Below, piece after piece: positions 14,390 through 28,917 of a DNA stretch of 64,000 nucleotides; position 1 is the stretch's first letter, and every line of letters begins with the position of its first letter. The notes under the pieces are model-generated. The model was given only the letters and a program-made list of their open reading frames with translations, was not told the origin of the DNA and searched no databases. The translations under genes were made by a program, and so were the position numbers. The stretch lies in assembly GCA_964016885.1 (NCBI GenBank), contig CAXHJY010001203.1, positions 1-64,000 of the forward strand, in the 5' to 3' direction. The DNA comes from Eledone cirrhosa. Taxonomy: Eukaryota.

Positions 14390-14550
14390 TTTTATCTGTT
14401 ATTTTAATAAATATTTGCTCTACGGTACTTATATATTTGATATATATTTATCCTTATCGAGCCCTCTTTGGATTTTAGTCTTCAAATTTATTATTATTAC
14501 TATATATACAGTATATATATATATATATATGTAATATGTATATATATATA

Positions 14551-14902
<352 letters not shown>

Positions 14903-15374
14903 TAATATATGGCTCTGAACTATATGTATGTGTGTGTGAAAGAGAGTTTGCATTACCTGGGTGTGTTATCAATGGGAAAAACTATTCACTAAAGACCACA
15001 CATTGAAGTAAATCAACAAATAATCACGCACGCTTGCCCAGATTTATTCACAGATCATTAGATTACATTATGTTTATAGACGTATGTATATATATATATA
15101 TGTGTGTCTGTGTGCGCGCGCGCGCGTTTATGAAGTGTCAAAATGTTCATCTATTCCTCTGTAAACAAAAAAAAACATACGAGATGCGTTCATGCTTTTC
15201 GGCAATTTCTATCCTCTTCGCCAGTAGATAACTGCCCTTATGAATGTTTCTGCCTACAGGGGAAATATATATATATATATATATAAAATGTGGGTAATAT
15301 TAAATATTATCCAATTACAAATATGAGAGTTGCTCAATGTAAAATATCAAATATAATACAGAGCTGAAATACTT

Positions 15375-15414
<40 letters not shown>

Positions 15415-15418
<4 letters not shown>

Positions 15419-15581
15419 TTATTAAAATAACAGATTAAAGTTTAAGCAAAGAATCGATGCTTTCACCCTTAACGGGATCTTCTGAAGATCCCGTTAAGGG
15501 TGAGAGCAGCAATATATTTGATATATATTTATCCTTATCGAGCCCTCTTTGGATTTTAGTCTTCAAATTTATTATTATTAC

Positions 15582-15627
<46 letters not shown>

Positions 15628-16234
15628 ATAATAATAAAATTGGAGACTAAAATCCAAAGAGGGCTCGATAAGGAAAATATATATCAAATATATAAGAACC
15701 GTAGAGCAAATATTTATTAAAATAACAGATTAAAGTTTAAGCAAAGAATCGCTGCTTTCACCCTTAACGGGATCTTCTGAAACTAACAAAGTCAATCTGT
15801 AAACGCAGAACTGGATATTTCAAAAAACGTTGCAACCGGAGGAAGACAGGAAGACGATACTTTGGTTCGTGGTAACGTTCGCTGGCAAAGAACGGGAAAA
15901 AACGAATAATACGTCATTATAGGAGCGGTGAAAAACAATTACGCGCAAAGACAAAACCACGTTTATGGTATAAAAGAGGTCGTAGACTAATGTTCTCAGG
16001 AGATCCCGTTAAGGGTGAAAGCAGCGATTCTTTGCTTAAACTTTAATCTGTTATTTTAATAAATATATATATATATATATATAACGAAGGAAATGTGGTA
16101 AGGAACCAGGTGGACCATAACGCACCAAAGTACTCAATACTTGAGGTAGTAGAGTGGGTAATAGGAACCAGTAAGACCCCGACAGAATTAGCCGTCGAAA
16201 CGGCTTGAGCTCAGCTGTCGGGGTCTTACTGGTT

Positions 16235-16277
<43 letters not shown>

Positions 16278-16795
16278 TAGGAATAGTGCTCTGAAATAGC
16301 GATGCATACATGAATATATGTATAGTATATTTGGCAATATACTGTATGCTTAATTAAAAACATTTTGAAGACCTTGCGCTATTATTTTAAAGTAGTGACT
16401 ATGTCACTTACTTCTTTTTTCAACAAACAAAGGGAGATAAGCTGACAGATTTTTTCACACTGTTGGTGATCATCAGAGCTTAGCACTGTGTGCGTGTGTG
16501 TTTTACAAGTTCGATAGTTAGTAAAGTACTCAATACATTAATAGAGTGTAAACATCATGTTTAATATAGAAATGGCTTCTACAGCACTAGAACTGTTTCA
16601 TTAGGAAGTCATTTCTATATTAAACATTATATATATAACCCTTAACGGTTTAGGGTGAAAACAGCGATTCTTTGCTTAAACTTTAATCTGTTATTTTAAT
16701 AAATATTTGCTCTACGGTTCTTATATATTTGATATATATTTATCCTTATCGAGCCCTCTTTGGATTTTAGTCTTCAAATTTATTATTATTACCGT
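15415..16795. mobile_element. Cluster of PLE 3'-end fragments (families B, E and one other) separated by (TA)n
   Basis: Family B ends at 15415-15585, 15623-16065 and 16637-16795. Family E fold-back at 16080-16240. Unrelated segment 16275-16630 with minus-strand HHR at 16438-16482 (uaagcu-CUGAUGA-ucac caaca gugu-GAAA..GUC-agcuua; stem III degenerate). Confidence 0.8.
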
Positions 16796-16860
16796 ATATA
16801 TATATATATATATATATACATATATATATGTGTGTATATTCATATATGTACACGCATATA

Positions 16861-16907
<47 letters not shown>

Positions 16908-16909
16908 CC

Positions 16910-16969
<60 letters not shown>

Positions 16970-16997
16970 GCATATATATATATATATATATACACGC

Positions 16998-17036
<39 letters not shown>

Positions 17037-17045
17037 TATACACGC

Positions 17046-17160
<115 letters not shown>

Positions 17161-17589
17161 TGAGAGTTATAAGTGATGCGTTATTTCATAACTACTATGT
17201 TCAGATTGTGGGCTTATTGGATAAATTTAGTATATCTATCTACCCTTAACGAAAATATTTCTTTAAGACGATTCAATTCGGCTGGAAGTCATTTTACCAT
17301 ATGGCAAGGAACCAACTCGAAATTGTCCCCGGTCAATATTTATTTAAACTTACGATAAAGGACTTTCGTCTGCTTGAAGTGAAGAAAATATCTTGGATTT
17401 AACTTTGGGCGCCTTTCACCTATTTTCTAACTTATTGTGTTACTCAGTCCCTCCTACGCATACACATACACATATTTAAAAGTATTTATCATCAACACCC
17501 AATATTAGACCCTGAAAGAATAACATATGAGTTTGTGACGTCCATCATTTCCTCACTATTAAATATAATAGTTGGTGGATTTGTATGGT

Positions 17590-17778
17590 TGGTGGATTGG
17601 CAGTATCGGTAGAGGGTCTGACGCCATGCTTTGCAGCAAAGAGTTACGACCCTTTATGGTCTGAGATCAAATCCCGCCGAGATTTACTTTGCCTTTCATC
17701 CTTACGGGGTCGATAAAATAAAGTACCAGTAATACACTGGGATAATTGCTGGCCTTGTGCCAAAAGTAGAAACAACTA
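17590..17778 (+). mobile_element. tRNA-derived SINE with Nin/Deu-like core
   Basis: A box tggcagtatcgg, B box gagatcaaatccc, core tttgcctttcatccttacggggtcgataaaataaagtaccag. Other copies near 19595-19770(-), 37210-37410(+), 41470-41680(-), 45680-45880(-), 48090-48270(-), 50950-51095(+), 51515-51686(+), 55375-55555(+), 56270-56410(-), 56450-56665(+), 57452-57645(+), 59745-59945(+), 61560-61705(-). Confidence 0.85.
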
Positions 17779-18243
17779 TTAAATAAAATAGTTCAAATAG
17801 GTTATTAGAATAAAAAAACGGAATTAGATATCTAGAAGTTACCACTACGATGGTACTCGCTGAATCCTCCTTCTCTTCATTTTACTTGATCTTGTAAATA
17901 TAAATGCTTAACACTTCCACAATGCTAAACATATTTCGAAGGGGAGAACAAAGCTGAAAAATTTGATCCCAGTACGTATCTGTTATTTTATCAACCCTGG
18001 AAACATAAAGGGCAAAGGTTACATCAACCTGTAATCGAGCCAACTAATGCAAGTGGCACTGTTCAGCCTATTAGATAAAGCTGTCAAATTCCCCATAAAT
18101 CAAAGCCTACTTTGATTTGAAAAAACGAAGTATACATTGCATAATCTAGTCCTAGATGTGTATGAATACTGGAATTAGTTTTGCCGTTTTTCTGGTTCCT
18201 ATGGGTGTGTTCATGCTTAGCTTAACAATCTAAGGGAACAGAG

Positions 18244-18291
<48 letters not shown>

Positions 18292-18429
18292 TACTTTTAG
18301 TCTTTCATTATAAATCCATTCACTACGGAGTTTCTTCATATGTACAACTTTGCCATTCATCCTTCAAGTACTGACTTAATATGATATTCTCATAATTCTA
18401 CCAAAGTGAGTGTCTGCCAAACATACACA

Positions 18430-19385
18430 CCACGTTCGAACGCAAATGAACCAAATTCCCACTGTCACTGCCCCTGTTCCTCCCGCTCTCCCCATCTCTC
18501 ACTATAATGAACAATTGGGGGCCACGCGCTCGCTGGCCGGCCGTGGCACAGGCGGACAGAATAGATAAGGTGTTTCCCCGGAGGATGGAGAAGGAGATGC
18601 GCTGGTTGAATCAGTCCAGCTCGTGAGGCTCACACCTTCGGGTAGCCCACTCTGTGCCGATGGTCATGAGTAGGGAGGTGGCTCTTTGACTGACATTTTA
18701 TTTTAATGATCTCCTTGATGATAAAATTGTAAAGTTGATTTGGTCAGCATTTGAGCTCAGAATGTAAAAGCCCATAGTGAAATATCACATATTTTGCCCT
18801 AAGTTTTAACGATTCTGCTAATTCCCCGCCTATTTATATAGTTCTATTTATCCCACTCCACACCAGTAGACTGAGATATCGATAAACCAAATATCTAAGC
18901 AACACATCGCTACTTATCTCATTGATAGTAAACTGGTGACATCACAACACTTGTCATAGTAAATGTTATTGTTGCTCTCCAACAGGTTTGCGGTCGAGCC
19001 CATAGCAGTGGAGACTTCTGGTGTCCTTGTCCTAGGATCACCTCCATACTCATCACCATCGATACAGAGTTACCAGCAGGTATGAGCCTCGCGAGTTGGA
19101 ATGGCTCTTGCCGCGAGTCTTCCTCACTATCCTCCAGGGAAACGCCTTCTCTATTCTCTCTGCCGGGGCCGCTGAGTAGCCAACGCGTGAGTCCCCATCT
19201 GCTTATAATAGGGAGAGTGGGAGAGACGGAGGCAGTGACAGTGGGAGATCGTTCCATTGTGTTCGGACCTGGTGTATATATGTATATATTTATTTACCAC
19301 ACCACATTAACTGTATATTCTACACAACATTATATTAATTACCACTCCATTACCACTGGTGTTTCAGTTTTACCCCCAGAGAAGT
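18430..19385. repeat. Two diverged, oppositely oriented copies of an unclassified interspersed repeat (possibly LTR-like)
   Basis: 18445-18685 (+) matches the reverse complement of ~19035-19270 (ttcccactgtcactgc...gaggctca). A third copy at 51850-52190 is split by a SINE. Confidence 0.6.
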
Positions 19386-21890
19386 AAAAGCTACGATTGT
19401 TAATTTTCATAAGTTAATCAAAAGAGGAGGGCCAGTACGTGTAGCTTCTGCAGACCATTACAGACTGATGACATAAATGGGGTTGATATCCACAAGAAAA
19501 CATTAAGTTGGGGAAAGAATGCTGGATGACTACAAGTCTAGGCGTCAGGTGTGATATATTTAAGGTGGGGCTTGGGAGGTGAAATGCAGCAGAAATAATT
19601 GTATCTAGGTTTTGGCACAAGGCCAGCAATTACCCCAGTGTATTACTGGTGCTTTATTTTATCGACCCCGTAAGGATGAAAGGTAAAGTTAACCTCGGCA
19701 GGATTTGAATTCAGACTATAAAGGGCCGTAACTCTTTGCTACAAAGCATGGCGTCCGACCATCTACCGAATAAATGTGTAATTTAGGTGGGACTGAAGAA
19801 AGAAAGTTGTCTCTGTCCAGTGCAAAGGCCATTTAGTTCTGGTAAACGAATCAGAAGAGAAAGAATGTGTCTGAAATACATTCAGATTTAAGCATAGTGT
19901 ATCCACTGAAGAGTGACCTATGAATATATTTTATCATTTAGTCAGGAGAGAAAACAGTGCCCATAGCTTTTTATGTTGTCAAGGAATACATGATTTGTGG
20001 GAGGGAGGAACCTATATTCAAATTGGAGATTTCCCCCAATATTTGCAAGAGAATAGACTCTGCTAAATGCACCTAAGGACTATGGGGCTATGTTAAACCG
20101 GGCGATTGATTAAGTATGCCATTCAAGATGGTTATCGCGGAATTTGAACTCAGAATGCAAAGAGTCGGAACACTGCATCTCAATTGATGCTCTAACGGCT
20201 CCACGGGTTCACCGCATTAGACTGATGCAATATTTATTGACCGCTGGAGAATAAAAGACATCTGGAGAAAAGCTGACATCCGTGAGATTTGAACTCAGAA
20301 ATATCAAAGCCAAAATAAAACAGCTAACAATTCTGATAATTCCCCGTAACACCAAATAACACACTTTCTGCAGATCTGGTCAAACTTACTCAATAAGACC
20401 ACCAACTCCTTTTATAGTTTAAATTCTTGAAAGTCTTGCAAGAAGTATATCATTTCTTACATCTCAATCCAATTTCTGTTCCACTTTTTCTTCTCATTTT
20501 CTCCCATCCTCACTTGTCTCTTCGTGTGTGTGTGTGTGTGTGTGCGTGTGTGTCTGTGTGCGTGTCTGTCTGTGTGTGTGTGTCTGTGTGTCTGGGTCTG
20601 TATGTGTGTCTGTGCGTGTGTGTGTATGTATGTATGTATGTATGTATGTATGTATGTATGTATGTATGTATGTATGTGTGTGTGTATGTCTGTGTATGTG
20701 TGTGTGTGTCTGTTTGGAACTAAGTATGTTGATGTATTTAAGTGTGATATGAATGTAATTTAACGTGGTCCTAAAGCTGGAGAGGTAATTATGCCCTATT
20801 GTAATAGTTCTTAAATATAAGACATATCGTTTACATTGAAGAATTTAATGTAAAATATGAGATCATTTAATTACAAATAAGTTTACCGCGCCATTGTTTC
20901 ATTATAGTTTGAACGTTTTCAGCTTTTATTTTTCAAATTATCAATTTAATTGTTTTCTTGGCAATTAAGATTCAGCGGTATTTGTTATAAATAAGGATAT
21001 TTAATTAACAACGAAATTTTATCGAATACCAACAAGGAAATTATTTACAAAATCAATAAACTATAAAACGATAGAAAATGTGTTAAGTATCTGAAGTGAT
21101 GGTTGAGTGAGCATTTTCCATAGGTTTTCCTATTACAAGAATAAGAAACGTAGTGTATCTAGATAAATGCGCAAAGTTGTTCTAAAGTTCCTGATAGGAA
21201 TCTCTTTCGTTATACATCGTCAATTTTCTTTCGAAACCAGGATACTGGAACCTTGGAAATAGGTTTCGTTGATTCTTAGAAGAAAGTTAACGCCTTTTAG
21301 TTGACAGTCCAACACATCTGCCTACATGGTTTTATTTACTGCTTTTCTCTTCAACAAACAAAAAATAATGATTGCCACTAGAGTAAAAAACAATAATCTT
21401 AGTGCCAGTTTACCATTTATCTTTGCCAGTTGACAAATTGTAAAGCCCTAATGGGAGCATCTTATTTGCTAAATGTTGCCCCTTCTCTTTTATTACAATA
21501 TCGAATTTATCACTCGGCTCTTTTGTTAATAAAGTGTCGTTCCGGAAGAGACGTATACTACATAATTTGTATAGCCAATCTTAAAATGTTTCGCTCGAAA
21601 AGTCACGCATTTTTCTTCTGTTATAAATGAAATAGAAGTAAATTCTTTACAGTTTAGGTGGTAGATTAAGCAAGTGTACATGTTTAGGGTTGGAGAAGGG
21701 AGTAGATGCTACGTTGTTTTAAACATCAAAAGAACGTCTAAATGTGTGAGGAAGTGCCGGAAAATTGTTTAGAATTATTCCTTAACGCTACAGTAAACAA
21801 GCAAAAAGATTTATCTTTCAAAGGACATAAAATATCGGATGGCTCACTTTGGTGTGTGTATGTGTTGTTTGTATGTCTATATACACATAC

Positions 21891-21934
<44 letters not shown>

Positions 21935-23859
21935 GATTTTATTTTTTAGTTAAAGGTGTGTTCTGTTGGGAATTTTATCCTAATACTGCAGAGTTAATTT
22001 GAAAGTTAATCTATGACTGATCTGTTAACAGCTGATAGCAAAGGCGTGTTTGCTCCACAAACACAGACAGACATAATTTTCATTATTGACAAGAGAAATT
22101 ACCACCTACCAGTGCGAGTCTCTGTGTCAGCTATATTAGGAATTAGACGAGCCCATGCATTTTTTTTTTACTGCCGCTCTATCTCTCTTCTTTCCCTAAT
22201 TGCTTTTTCTTCCCGAATACACAGGAATTCTATATCTAGTAACAGTGTTCATTCGCTTTCTAGCTCCGGAAAAAAAAACTTTCTTTTGCTGAACTCTATT
22301 TGAGGTATGTTGGACACGAAAGAAATATTGCGAATTCTTCTTCTTCTCTTCTTCATCTTCTACATATTTTGTAGAGAGTCGTGGGGACAGAGTCCTCATA
22401 CAGCGGGTCCTCCCCAATGCGAGACCAACCAAGCTCATGGATGTTAACCAACCATATTACTAGGGTTCTACACCTGTGTCTCATGCCGGTTGGTTTTTGC
22501 CCGTAAAGTCTGTCCAGCGATTTTTCTTAAGACATTCGAATTACATGCCCGTAATATCGGAGCTATGATTTCCCAATTTGGAGAAGTAGCGGTTTTACCT
22601 GGATCAATTCTCTGATCTCTAGGCTACGCATTCTATCGAGTAACGTTACTCCGAAAACCCTTCGGAGAAACCCCATTTTGGCCGCGTGTATTCACGATCG
22701 TATTCTTTCGGTCATTACCGAAGATTCAACACCTTAGGTAAAGTTTGGCCTGAATACTGAATTGAAGATAGGAAGTTTGGCTTTTACACCTACCTCTCTT
22801 CTTCTGATTACTGAATGCTGAAGCTGGCGCCTTACTGCAAAAGCCCCTGCAATTCTTGCACTTAATTCAGCATCCTGCCTTCCATTACACGTGAACACGG
22901 CCCCGAGATACTTGAACATCTCCACCTGCTTCAGTTGAACACCATTCACATGCAGAGTGCACTGCGCAGGCTTCCTTGAGAGGATGAGTGACTCAGTTTT
23001 CGCAGAACTGATTTTCATTCCAGCTATGTAGCAGTTATCATCAAACCTATCAAGTGCTAGTCGGAGATCACCTTTTGTTATTGTCTCTGATCTCTTCGAT
23101 TGTGTGCTGGATGTTGGTGTTAAGAGAAGGAAGAGCTGAGCTGTCAACTAATCACTATCTAGTTATCTGCAGCTTGAGACTACCTAAAGTCAAAGAAGCC
23201 CACAAAACTGGCAGGTCCAGGTTGACCTACAGGATGAAATGGGAAGCGTTGGTATGCATATATTAGTGCAGCTAAATTCAGAGAACTACCGGAACAAACT
23301 GAGGATGTTGAAATGGAGTGGAGATTGTTCAGTAGTGTCTGCTTCCGCTGTTAAAAGCTGCAGGCGAAAGAGGCATGGTGTGGCACGGGATGGTAGGAAG
23401 ACCCCATGGTTAAATCAAGACGTCAAAGATGCCATCCGAACAAAGAAGGAGGCATACAAAGTTTGGCTTGGAAATAAGTCCTGCTTCCTGCACTTGCGGT
23501 ACAAGCAGGCACGAGGAATCGCAGTAGAGACAGTAAAGGCGTCCAGATTTAAGACATGGGAGGAATTTGGGATTAAGCTGGAATCCGACTTTAGATCAAC
23601 AAATAAAATGTTCTGGCAGATCATCCACCGACTTCATAATAAGAAGTCCCCCTCAATGCCTGCTATCAGGAATGCGTCTGGGTTTCTCCTCTCTTCAGAG
23701 AGGTGTATCTCCGCAAGTGGAGAGAATGCTCTTCTGATCTCCCAAACCCACTCAAAATAGCATCTTCTGATATACACGATGTAGTAGTGACTAATCTCTC
23801 AGAGGTTGAGGTCACAAAAGCAATTAAAGATCTCAAATGTGGCCAGACTGCTTGGGAGG

Positions 23860-23893
<34 letters not shown>

Positions 23894-23898
<5 letters not shown>

Positions 23899-24419
23899 CA
23901 GGAAAGAAGGTTTACATGGTTTGCTATACAAAAAAGTTTTTAATCACATAGCTTACATTTGTTTCACTGAACTGGTATGTCTAGAGATCGCTATCCGCCT
24001 AATTTTGCGTCACTCGATCGCCAATACAGAATTATAACCAGTCAGATCTTCGGAGCATGCGAGAATGAAGAAAATACACAGGCAAGAAAATAAAAGAAAA
24101 TATGGAGTAGTTATGGCATTCAATTAGAACAATAAACAACAACAATTATTACAACAATGCTATCAATAAACTATTTAAGGAGACCCTGACATTACTTAGG
24201 TGGGGGGTATATAATGTATCTAATGTTACGGCGTGAAAACCAGCTGTCATAAGGCAAAAAGTATCGTAGTGTGTATCAATTTTAAATTATAAAGATAAGC
24301 TAGTTTTTACAGTCTTTCTCTTCATCTTCAACCGTATACATGAGTGGGACCACTGTCAAAGCTCAATAGTTGTAGAGTTAATACAGAGGTTAACGAATTA
24401 ATATACGCATATATCTACG

Positions 24420-24463
<44 letters not shown>

Positions 24464-25413
24464 AATATAAATACATATACACATATATGTGTACATAGAC
24501 ACATACATACACACTAATATACACTCGTACAAAAATATACATACATGCAAAGAGAAAAGCGTGCTAATTGTAATATGGCAAAAAGAAGGTAAAGTAACAT
24601 TGTAGTAGTGAAATGAGAAAAACTAGGATCTAGGATCAAATGATTGCAGCAGCTGAGAAGGAGTAAGATTGTTGGTAGATGAGGTATTTACAGACTATTG
24701 TGTGGTATAGACTTGTGAAGGAAATAGTATACTTAATGAATATATATTTTTTGTGGGTAGTAGGTATCCTAATTTAAAGCTATGTTATGTTGGTTCGATT
24801 CACGGAGGTTTGAATCTTATGAATTTAGTGGCTATTCTATGCCTGCAGAAGATAGATCTTTCTAACTTATTATTAAGTAGTCTTTTAACATTTCTAAGGA
24901 TATACAATAGCTCAAGATCACACAGCCCGCAATAGGACATACCTGTACTATAGGTTTTAGCAGCCGACAACTTCGACCAGTTGATAGTGTAGCTAGCGTT
25001 GCTGTCCTTCAATTCCCATATTTTTCTGGCGAGGGTGGTGGAACCCATAAGAGCTCGGTTTTTCATCGAGTGCCTGTGCACATACCATCTTTTCTTAAAA
25101 GAACCCGCGGTGGATCCTATGTAATTCCAAGTGGAGTTACCCGAGCGATCTCTAGACATACCAGTTCAGTGAAACAAATGTAAGCTATGTGATTAAAAAC
25201 TTTTTTGTATAGCAAACCATGTAAACCTTCTTTCCTGATTTATTATTACTCCAAGTGTTTACAACATAGGAATTACAGCATACCCGCAGCATCACTATGA
25301 AAACGCCTTGTTGAGTCAAACCAAGCCAAGCGTTAATATCATCCACTACCTGGAATACCATAACTGGACTTCACCTAAGTGGACTGCATTTAACTATTAT
25401 TTGTTAATCCGTG
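23894..25413 (-). mobile_element. 5'-truncated PLE (family C) with inverted longer 3'-end copy
   Basis: GIY-YIG fragment 24800-25145 (NYIGSTAGSFKKRW..H..CGLCDLE..LLNNK..CRH). 25145-25242 is the reverse complement of 23895-23992 and continues ~170 bp further. HHR at 23946-24060. Confidence 0.9.
23946..24060 (-). ncRNA. Hammerhead ribozyme, variant core CCGAAGA, ~81-nt stem II (family C)
   Basis: gcaugcu-CCGAAGA-ucugacugg...ccaguucagu-GAAAC-aaau-GUA-agcuaugu. Confidence 0.7.
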
Positions 25414-25440
<27 letters not shown>

Positions 25441-25444
<4 letters not shown>

Positions 25445-25717
25445 AAATCAAAAGATGGTTAAAAGAGTTCCGTGTATTTTATTATGCGCATTTCAAAAAC
25501 AAATAGCATCATGGGATGATATTAGCGTTCTCATCAGAGAGAATAGGGAGTCATGATATGAAGCTTAAAAAACACTTGCGAGTAGTGAAGTGTTAAATCA
25601 ACATATTAACCATCTTTTGATGTTATATTATATATACTCCAGTCCTATAAACTGTTGAGTGCTACTTATCCGATATTTGCATTGCTTTATCGTGCTACAA
25701 TAAAACTCACCTCCTAC

Positions 25718-25720
<3 letters not shown>
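25441..25720 (-). mobile_element. Fold-back PLE 3'-end fragment (family G) with HHR
   Basis: Minus strand 25475-25545: CUGAUGA-gaac..guuuuu-GAAA-UGCGCA-UA, stem I imperfect. Inverted repeat 25443-25462 / 25606-25625 with rightward extension. Confidence 0.6.
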
Positions 25721-25794
<74 letters not shown>

Positions 25795-26096
25795 ATATAA
25801 TGTTAAGTCTCTAAGGTAAAGTCTATGCTAAGTGTCTGGCAAAGTGATGTAGGGACATTGTCGAGTCGAAGCTAGCTGATGAACAGTGTGGTTTTAGCCC
25901 CAGACGCTGCACTCTGCGGCAGGTGTTTGACAATTTCTGGGTGTATGTTTGATTTAATATTGCGATGTACTGTGTGCGGCCATACTCCTGGTGTACAAAT
26001 ATCCAATTCGCAACAATACAATACCGGGTTTAATCCCTACACACAGCACCTGGGCGAAGGTCAGTTGTAGGTGTGTGTACATTATGCACACACACA

Positions 26097-26157
<61 letters not shown>

Positions 26158-26179
26158 GCATACATATATATATATATAC

Positions 26180-26229
<50 letters not shown>

Positions 26230-26237
<8 letters not shown>

Positions 26238-26440
26238 GTGAGGTTTTTTTTACAAAATGAAAAATAACCGAGGTGTCCTACACGAGTGAAAGTATAAAGA
26301 AAAAGAGATGAAATCGAAAATGCAACTGAAGTCTTATTTTTAAAAAAAATATATATATTTATTTGGTTCCTTTACCGGTTTCGCAGTTCTTCTGCTTTTC
26401 AAAAGGTGAGTTGAGATGGAGGGTCTGTGGTTTTTCTCAC
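26230..26440 (-). mobile_element. PLE 3'-end fragment (family I) with U3-A8 hammerhead
   Basis: 26369-26406: ccuu-UUGAAAA-gcag aagaa cugc-GAAAC-CG-GUA-aagg. Second copy on + strand at 33940-34080, preceded by an 18-bp inverted end. Confidence 0.75.
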
Positions 26441-26448
26441 ATATATAT

Positions 26449-26629
<181 letters not shown>

Positions 26630-26894
26630 CATATATATATATACATACATATATATATATACATACATATATATATATACATACATATATATATATACAT
26701 ACATATATATATATATATACATACATATATATATATATATACATACATATATATATATATATATACATACATATATATATATATATATACATACATATAT
26801 ATATATATATACATACATATATATGTATATATATATATATATACATACATATATATATATATATATACATACATATATATATATATATACATAC

Positions 26895-26925
<31 letters not shown>

Positions 26926-26934
26926 TATACATAC

Positions 26935-26967
<33 letters not shown>

Positions 26968-27203
26968 TATATACATACATATATATATATGTATATATAT
27001 ATATATACATACATATATATATATATATATATTTCCAACAGTAATGGTTGCATTTTTTAAGGGTAAGTCAATATTTATTTATAAAACTGATCTATATTAT
27101 ATTTTGTCTCATGAAAGCACACCATAATTTAACTTGGTGTCCTTGAAATATGTATAATGAAATAAATATGGTTTTATAAATATAGTTTCCATTTGTTAAT
27201 ATC

Positions 27204-27379
<176 letters not shown>

Positions 27380-27526
27380 TATACATACATATATATATAT
27401 ATATATATATTAATAAGAGGAATTTCAACTTTGTCTGATTTACTCGTTTTATTTACAATCCTTTAAAATTTATAATGGTATTATAATGAAATAGTATGCT
27501 AGAATATTAAATGTTAAGTGTTAATT

Positions 27527-27563
27527 GACCAAGTACTTTCATGCTTTCGCAATCTTCAGGTTC
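27527..27563 (-). ncRNA. Minimal hammerhead ribozyme (family J fragment, 27410-27600)
   Basis: gaac-CUGAAGA-uugc GAAA gcau-GAAA-GUAC-UU-gguc. Palindromic stem III; one mismatch in stem I. Confidence 0.7.
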
Positions 27564-27603
27564 ATAATGTGTGGTGACAGTCAAGTTTGCAATTTTCAAT
27601 TGT

Positions 27604-27792
<189 letters not shown>

Positions 27793-27810
27793 TGTATATA
27801 TATGTATATA

Positions 27811-27897
<87 letters not shown>

Positions 27898-27912
27898 GTG
27901 TATATATATATG

Positions 27913-28019
<107 letters not shown>

Positions 28020-28056
28020 GTATATATATATGTATATATATATGTATATATATATG

Positions 28057-28201
<145 letters not shown>

Positions 28202-28222
28202 GTATATATATATGTATATATG

Positions 28223-28300
<78 letters not shown>

Positions 28301-28351
28301 CATATATATATACATATATATATATATATACATATATACATATATATATAC

Positions 28352-28440
<89 letters not shown>

Positions 28441-28477
28441 CATATATATATACATATATATATACATATATATATAC

Positions 28478-28528
<51 letters not shown>

Positions 28529-28543
28529 CATATATATATACAC

Positions 28544-28580
<37 letters not shown>

Positions 28581-28604
28581 CATATATATACATATATATA
28601 TATC

Positions 28605-28785
28605 TAAGGCGGGTAAAATTCCCGAGATCCATGGACGAGTTCTCTCCAGCGGTATCTGTCCCTCATTATCGCTGCCATGTCCTGCGTCTCCAACAGACCA
28701 GTGTCTGTCCTTAGGGCATCAACATACGTTAACCTTTGTCTTCCTCTTCTAGTGTGTCCATGTAGGGGCTCCCAAAGAGTTGACA
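28605..28785 (-). pseudogene. 3' end of an RTE/RTE-X-like LINE ORF
   Basis: [48 protein letters not shown] resembles the RTE C-terminal pattern W.P..G.R.RGRP..TW.D....D......DR..WR. Confidence 0.75.
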
Positions 28786-28823
28786 TATATATATCCAGAG
28801 TTGACATATATATATATATACAC

Positions 28824-28914
<91 letters not shown>

Positions 28915-28917
<3 letters not shown>

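Larger units (their letters stand above)
12925..14502 (+). mobile_element. 5'-truncated PLE (family B) with inverted 5' segment
   Basis: GIY-YIG C-terminal remnant 13143-13403 ([33 protein letters not shown]). 12925-13135 is an inverted copy of the ~140-bp tandem repeats in the 3' UTR (13980-14260). HHR at 14341-14389. Confidence 0.9.
22335..25945 (-). mobile_element. Decayed RTE-clade LINE with 5' inversion, interrupted by (TA)n and nested PLE fragments
   Basis: Minus strand 23072-22380: post-catalytic RT (GMKISSAKTE..QVEMFKYLG..) and (GAA)n-like tail at 22335-22360. Plus strand 23073-23870: endonuclease end RAELSTNHYLV and linker TPWLNQDVKDAIRTKKEAY. Plus strand 25815-25945: KVYAKCL..IVESKLADEQCGF. 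Confidence 0.85.

Noticed and set aside
17590-17690. tRNA genes at SINE heads (also 55975-56046)
   Set aside because: A and B boxes are present but there is no intact cloverleaf; they are followed by SINE cores, some with TSDs.
27100-27165. Possible hammerhead (..ucucau GAAAG cacacca..uggugu..GAAAUAUGUAUA augaaau)
   Set aside because: Stems I-III can be drawn but the CUGA core is missing; at best a decayed copy.
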